DNA of 32,559 nucleotides from a bacterium (lineage in GTDB: Bacteria; Latescibacterota; UBA2968; UBA8231), in assembly GCA_027593305.1 (NCBI GenBank), contig JAQCJA010000003.1, positions 1 through 32,559 on the forward strand, read 5' to 3'. The stretch's first letter is position 1. Each line of letters opens with the position of its first letter. Shown here piece by piece: positions 28,040 through 32,559 of this stretch. A model generated the notes under the pieces. It ran no database searches, was not told where the DNA came from, and saw only the letters and a list, made by a program, of their open reading frames with translations. Position numbers and translations under genes: made by a program.

Positions 28040-30340
28040 ATGTGTGATGTACGCAATCGCTCCCTGATCCGCCTCGACGCAGTTCTTCTCTGCGTACTTC
28101 TGGCGGTACCCGCTCTTGCCCAGACGACGGTCCAGGAAATCGAAATCAGAGGCGATTTCAACCGGGTTGCCGAGTCACTGATTCGATCAACACTCGGCCT
28201 TGAGACGGGCGTCGAACTGTCTCAGGAGAATGTGCAGGAGGCAGTGCGCGCGCTGCAGGGCCTGCACGTGTTTTCCGATATCCAGATCTATGCCGACGAG
28301 AGCGAGTCGGGCAATGGCGTGAAGGTGATCGTTGTTGTTCGTGAGCACCCCACGCTGGAGGGGGTCCGGTTCAAGGGCAACAAGGAGATCAAAGAGAAGG
28401 ACATGAAGGAGGCCGTGGGCCTCGTCTCCGGCCAGGTGGTGGCGCCCAAGGATGTTGCACGCGGCCGTCAGCGTATTCTGGAACTCTATGGAGACAAGGG
28501 TTACCTGAGGGCCGAGGTCGAAGGTCAGTTATTCGACAATGAGTCCGGAACTGTTTTTCTGCAGTATGACATCGATGAAGGTGACAAGATCAAGATTGCC
28601 GCCATCAATGTGATCGGCACAGATGCCATCAGCAGCGGCAAGATCCACAAACAGATGGAGACCAAGCCGAAGCGTTGGTGGCGCAAGGGCGAGTTCAAGG
28701 CGGACACATATCAGGAAGACAAGGAGCGTATCCTTGCCTTCTATCGCTCCGAGGGGTATCAGCAAGCGACAATTCTGCGTGATTCGATCTACTACGACGA
28801 CAGTCGTCGACGGCTTTTCATCGACGTCGAGATCGAGGAGGGCCAGCAGTTTTTTGTTGGCGATGTCAGTTGGGAGGGGAACGAGCTCTTCAGTGTGGCA
28901 GATCTGGAGCGTCAACTGAAGGTCAGCCACGGGGACGTTTTCAAAGCCTCTTCCCCTGAACTGGCCTACCTTGCCAAATCCGCCTACTACGAGCGCGGCT
29001 ACCTCGATACAGAAATCATACCCCACGAGACCATTCGGGGTGACAGTATCGACGTCGCTTTCCAGATTTTCGAGGGTGAGCCCTGGCGCATTCGACGAGT
29101 TGATTTCACCGGAAATGTGAAGACTCAGGAAAAAGTCTTGCGGCGGGAAGTCGCCCTGCGGCCCGGTGATGTGTTCAAATCGAGCCAACTTCAAGAGAGC
29201 CAACGGCGGCTGTATATGCTGGGATACTTCAAGGATGTGCAGTTCCAGCAACATGCCACCCCTTCCATAGACGATGAGAAATTCATCGACCTCTCCTTCA
29301 ACGTGGAGGAGCAGCGGACTGGAGCCGCGTCCATGGGTGCCGGGTACAGCGATCGCGACAAGCTCGTTGGCACGCTTGGTTTGCAGATCCCCAACTTCAG
29401 AGGCAAGGGGCAGAATCTCGATTTCAACTGGGAGTTCGGTACCCGGCGTGAGCAATTCCTCATCGGTTTCACCGAACCATGGTTGTTTGATACGCCAACG
29501 AGTTTCTCTTTCCGCGTCTACACACTGAATCAGCAGTATCTCAACAGTTTCGATTTCCACCGCAACTCGGTCAGCGTCCGTGTCGGACGTCGGCTGAAGC
29601 GACCCGCGTTCTCCTCCATATCTCTGGGCTACGAACTTCGCGACGAGCGCTACAGTGATTTCGTCTCCGGCTATGACGAGAGCAGTTCCAGTTTCACCCC
29701 TCGAACCACGTCCAGTATCGAGTTGGTGTTCCGACGAGATACGCGAGACCTGCCCGACTTCCCCACCACTGGTTCTGTAATCAGCTATACGCCTGAGGTG
29801 GCATCTTCCTTCATTGCTGGCGATGTAGATTTCCACCGACACGAGCTGAATCTGAACGTGTATCGGCCGAGTTTCTGGAAATTCGTGCTCTCTGTGGAGT
29901 CCAAATTCGCCATCATCGACGGTTTCTCGAACTGGGATGATGCCAATATTTCCTTCTGGGACCGGTTCACTCCAGGTGGAGTTGACTGGTGGGACGGGCA
30001 GGTCCGAGGTTACCCTGATGCCTCCCTCGGACCACGGGATGCCAGGGGACAGAACATCGGCGGCCGCTCCATGATGACAATAAACGTCGAGTATCGCTTC
30101 CCGATCACGGAGCGGCAGGTTGTTGGTCTGCTCTTCGCTGACGCGGGCAATGCCTGGAAAGACGTCGATGGTTTTGATCCGACGGACCTGAAACGCTCCA
30201 TCGGCATCGGCTTTCGTGTGTTAACACCCATGCTTGGGATGATCGGCTTCGACTTCGGCTATGGCTTCGATCGACGCAGCATCGACGGCCAGAGGCCCGG
30301 TTTGACCACCCACTTCCAGTTCGGGCCGCGCTTCTTCTAG
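28040..30340 (+). CDS. bamA: Outer membrane protein assembly factor BamA
   Basis: Signal peptide, POTRA repeats (F.GN..; GNVKTQEKVLRRE), NFRGKGQ, FTEPWLFD, VRGY lid motif, C-terminal Phe. Confidence 0.96.
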   Translation: MCDVRNRSLIRLDAVLLCVLLAVPALAQTTVQEIEIRGDFNRVAESLIRSTLGLETGVELSQENVQEAVRALQGLHVFSDIQIYADESESGNGVKVIVVVREHPTLEGVRFKGNKEIKEKDMKEAVGLVSGQVVAPKDVARGRQRILELYGDKGYLRAEVEGQLFDNESGTVFLQYDIDEGDKIKIAAINVIGTDAISSGKIHKQMETKPKRWWRKGEFKADTYQEDKERILAFYRSEGYQQATILRDSIYYDDSRRRLFIDVEIEEGQQFFVGDVSWEGNELFSVADLERQLKVSHGDVFKASSPELAYLAKSAYYERGYLDTEIIPHETIRGDSIDVAFQIFEGEPWRIRRVDFTGNVKTQEKVLRREVALRPGDVFKSSQLQESQRRLYMLGYFKDVQFQQHATPSIDDEKFIDLSFNVEEQRTGAASMGAGYSDRDKLVGTLGLQIPNFRGKGQNLDFNWEFGTRREQFLIGFTEPWLFDTPTSFSFRVYTLNQQYLNSFDFHRNSVSVRVGRRLKRPAFSSISLGYELRDERYSDFVSGYDESSSSFTPRTTSSIELVFRRDTRDLPDFPTTGSVISYTPEVASSFIAGDVDFHRHELNLNVYRPSFWKFVLSVESKFAIIDGFSNWDDANISFWDRFTPGGVDWWDGQVRGYPDASLGPRDARGQNIGGRSMMTINVEYRFPITERQVVGLLFADAGNAWKDVDGFDPTDLKRSIGIGFRVLTPMLGMIGFDFGYGFDRRSIDGQRPGLTTHFQFGPRFF

Positions 30341-30374
30341 GGCGCGCCTTCAACCCTCAGCGACAGAGTCCTCG

Positions 30375-30926
30375 ATGAAGCGTATCCCCCTTTTCGCCGC
30401 CGCCGCAGTCCTGGGATTGGCCGTTCTCATTCAGCCCGCCCATGCGCAGGCCAAGATTGGCTACATCGATTCCGAAGTACTGCGTGAACGGATGCCCGAG
30501 TTCAAGCAGATCCAGCGCGAGATCGAGCGCCTCCAGCAGGACTACGAGCAGCAGGCCATGGACCGGCAGAGCAAGCTGGTCAAGTTGCAGGAAGATTTTC
30601 GCAAGCAGGAACTGCTGATGAGCGAGGCCAAGAAGGCCGAGATGCAGGCCGCATTCGACAAGCAGGTACAGGAACTGCAACAGTTCACTCAGGGGAAAAT
30701 GGGACCGAGTGGAGAGCTGTTCCGCAAGAATGTGGAACTCTCGCAGCCGATCTTTGAGCAGGTCAACGCCGCTTTGGAGACTCTCGCCAAAAAGGACGGT
30801 TACGATTTCATCTTTGACGTCGCCGGCAACGGGGCGATTGTGTACGCTGATCCGGACCGCTTCAATCTGACGGAGAAGCTGCTTACTGCTCTGGAGGAAG
30901 CGCGTGAGGAGCAAGCCAAGCAGTGA
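30375..30926 (+). CDS. skp: Periplasmic chaperone Skp/OmpH
   Basis: Signal peptide, KIGYID, long coiled coil, GYDFIFD..IVYA..NLT; directly after bamA. Confidence 0.93.
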   Translation: MKRIPLFAAAAVLGLAVLIQPAHAQAKIGYIDSEVLRERMPEFKQIQREIERLQQDYEQQAMDRQSKLVKLQEDFRKQELLMSEAKKAEMQAAFDKQVQELQQFTQGKMGPSGELFRKNVELSQPIFEQVNAALETLAKKDGYDFIFDVAGNGAIVYADPDRFNLTEKLLTALEEAREEQAKQ

Positions 30927-31375
30927 ACTGTGACGGGGTGGTGCTGGATGCGGAAGCCATCCAACGCACGATCCCGCATCGTGCTCCCTTTCTTCTCGTA
31001 GACCGCATTATCGAGCTGGTGCCACAAGAACGGGCGGTCGGGGTACACGATGTCACGACCCGGGACCCCTGGCTGGCCGGACACTTCCCAGCGCGCCCCC
31101 TGATGCCGGGGGTCCTCATTGTTGAGGCGCTGGCACAGACGGCGGCCATCCTCATGGTGTACAATCAGGATGTCGCCGCTGGACGTCTTCCCTTTATTGC
31201 CGGAATTGACCGGGCCCGCTTTCGCAGGCCCGTTGTCATTGGTGATGAACTGCGGCTCGAAGTCACGATCCTGCACCGAAGATCCGATTCATGCAAGCTG
31301 CAGGGAATCGCCCGAGTTGGATCAGATGTCGCCGCGCAGGCGGAAATCCTGGCGGTTCTGGCGCCAGCGGACTAA
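30923..31375 (+). CDS. fabZ: 3-hydroxyacyl-ACP dehydratase FabZ
   Basis: IPHRAPFLLVDRI, GHFP..PLMPGVLIVEALAQ, ARFRRPV.IGD.L. Confidence 0.93.
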   Translation: MNCDGVVLDAEAIQRTIPHRAPFLLVDRIIELVPQERAVGVHDVTTRDPWLAGHFPARPLMPGVLIVEALAQTAAILMVYNQDVAAGRLPFIAGIDRARFRRPVVIGDELRLEVTILHRRSDSCKLQGIARVGSDVAAQAEILAVLAPAD

Positions 31376-31388
31376 CGCATATTCCAAC

Positions 31389-31429
31389 AAAAAAGACGGG
31401 GCTCCGGGAGATTCATCCGGGCGCCCCGT
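31389..31429 (-). terminator. Intrinsic terminator between convergent fabZ and the right-hand gene
   Basis: Stem ACGGGGC-TCCGG...CCGGG-C-GCCCCGT. The A-run at 31389-31394 reads as a U-tract on the minus strand. Confidence 0.7.
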
Positions 31430-31445
31430 ACTATCATTTTGCTGC

Positions 31446-32558
31446 CTACTTCAGCATCATCATCTTTCCGGTGTCTGAGAAATTCGCCGTCGTCAGGCGG
31501 TAGAAATAGAGCCCGTTACCCACAGCATGCCCGGACGCATCTCGACCATCCCAGGTAACGGAGTAGAACCCCGCCGGCAGCTCTGATTCTGCGTGGACCA
31601 GGGTGCGAATGGCTCTGCCAAGCACATCATATATCACGAGACGAGCCGCGGATTCTGCTGCCAGGGAAAAGTCGATCTGCGTAGACGGGTTGAACGGGTT
31701 GGGGTAGGCATCGCCAAGGGCGAAAACCGAGGGCCGCAATCGTGTCGATTCGACGGCAGCGACGCGTCTGACATCATTGACATCCCCCGCGATAAAAGCC
31801 TGCTGCAGATCAAAGCGAGTGTCTGTCGCCAGGTGTCGATCCCGTAAACGGAAGGTCAGTTCTGCCAGGAGCCCCGATCCTGAGACTGGTTCACCCGTCA
31901 CGAGGCCGCTGCCAATTAGCAATCGACCCGGGCGGTCATCTAGGACCCCGAAGAGCCCTGCATCGCCACCCCGACTCTCCAGCAATGACCCAGGACCCTC
32001 CTTTGCCTCGGTGAAGGTCAAGGCAGCGGGGTCATAGCTGATGACGAGACCGAAGGCTGCGACCTTTTCTACGTCGTCGGCAAAAATACGAAGGCGAACA
32101 ATGTCGCGGGGCAGACCATCCGCCGCCGCTTGTGTCATGGGGCCACCACTGGCGACCAGTCGCAGTCTGGCAGTCTCGTCAAGTCGACGAGCAAAAGCCC
32201 AGGTGCCTGCCGACTTTCCGGCACTCGTGCCAAAAGCATCCACGAAGGCGAAGAAATCATCAAAATCAATGAAGCTGCCTGATCCGGAGCCGTTCAGATC
32301 GAAGGCGGGAAAGTCGTCGGCAGATTGACCAAAGGCGTCGACGAATGCAAAGAAATCATCAAAATCGACGGCGCCGGAGTCATTGAAGTCACCTGCCAGA
32401 AGCGGGGCGGATGACACCTGGAACTCCTGAGCCGCGGTGAAGGGCCCGGTCAACGTTCCTTCCATGGCCCGCACTCGCCAGAAGTATGTTTCCCCGTCCG
32501 TCAAAGATCGCGTGATCGTCCATGATGTCTCACCGGCGCCCTCGGTCAACCCCGATTC
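31446..32558 (-). CDS. Secreted protein C-terminus: FN3-like, dockerin/EF-hand-like pair, cohesin-like, FlgD-Ig/T9SS-like tail; 5' truncated by window edge
   Basis: Frame is open to the window edge. TYFWRVRA; GDFNDSGAVDFDDFFAFVDAFG and FDLNGSG..IDFDDFFAFVDAFG; AFGLVISYDPAALTF..VSGSGLLAELTF; AYPNPFNPST..WDGRD..GLYFYRL..KMMMLK. Confidence 0.88.
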   Translation of the reverse strand, partial: ESGLTEGAGETSWTITRSLTDGETYFWRVRAMEGTLTGPFTAAQEFQVSSAPLLAGDFNDSGAVDFDDFFAFVDAFGQSADDFPAFDLNGSGSGSFIDFDDFFAFVDAFGTSAGKSAGTWAFARRLDETARLRLVASGGPMTQAAADGLPRDIVRLRIFADDVEKVAAFGLVISYDPAALTFTEAKEGPGSLLESRGGDAGLFGVLDDRPGRLLIGSGLVTGEPVSGSGLLAELTFRLRDRHLATDTRFDLQQAFIAGDVNDVRRVAAVESTRLRPSVFALGDAYPNPFNPSTQIDFSLAAESAARLVIYDVLGRAIRTLVHAESELPAGFYSVTWDGRDASGHAVGNGLYFYRLTTANFSDTGKMMMLK

Positions 32559-32559
32559 G

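Noticed and set aside
1-32559. CRISPR array, tRNA/rRNA, IS/integrase, prophage or defence genes
   Set aside because: I saw no regularly spaced repeats, cloverleaf or rRNA signatures, or transposase/integrase/nuclease motifs. Intergenic spaces are short and accounted for.

Overview
Chromosomal, GC-rich bacterial window from a diderm, most likely the FCB superphylum (Latescibacterota-like; inferred from proteins ending in xPNPFNP-type FlgD-Ig/T9SS-like tails preceded by 'DFDDFFxFxDxFG' repeats). The left end holds a partial YfhO-family gene and a convergent sulfotransferase. Next is a strongly promoted two-gene operon (1504 aa + 513 aa secreted Ig/FN3/dockerin-like/cohesin-like proteins) with a CRP-like box, a consensus sigma70 promoter, a ~300-nt structured leader and its own terminator. 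A long + strand housekeeping/envelope run follows: moaD-moaE fusion, DSP phosphatase, Zn-ribbon protein, ybbR-like, tsaD, vWA protein, lamin-tail protein, ftsK, lolA, S8 protease, DUF4352-like, prfB (programmed +1 frameshift), lolC/E, lolD, mcsA, mcsB, clpC, bamA, skp and fabZ. The right end is a partial convergent gene with the same dockerin-like/cohesin-like/sorting-tail C-terminus as the 1504-aa protein. The best candidate for an undescribed system is a self-assembling, S-layer-like surface lattice built from proteins sharing this tripartite C-terminal module, in a cell whose bamA-skp-fabZ cluster has no adjacent lpx genes. I saw no rRNA, tRNA, CRISPR or mobile element. All family assignments come from motif recognition by eye, not database searches.
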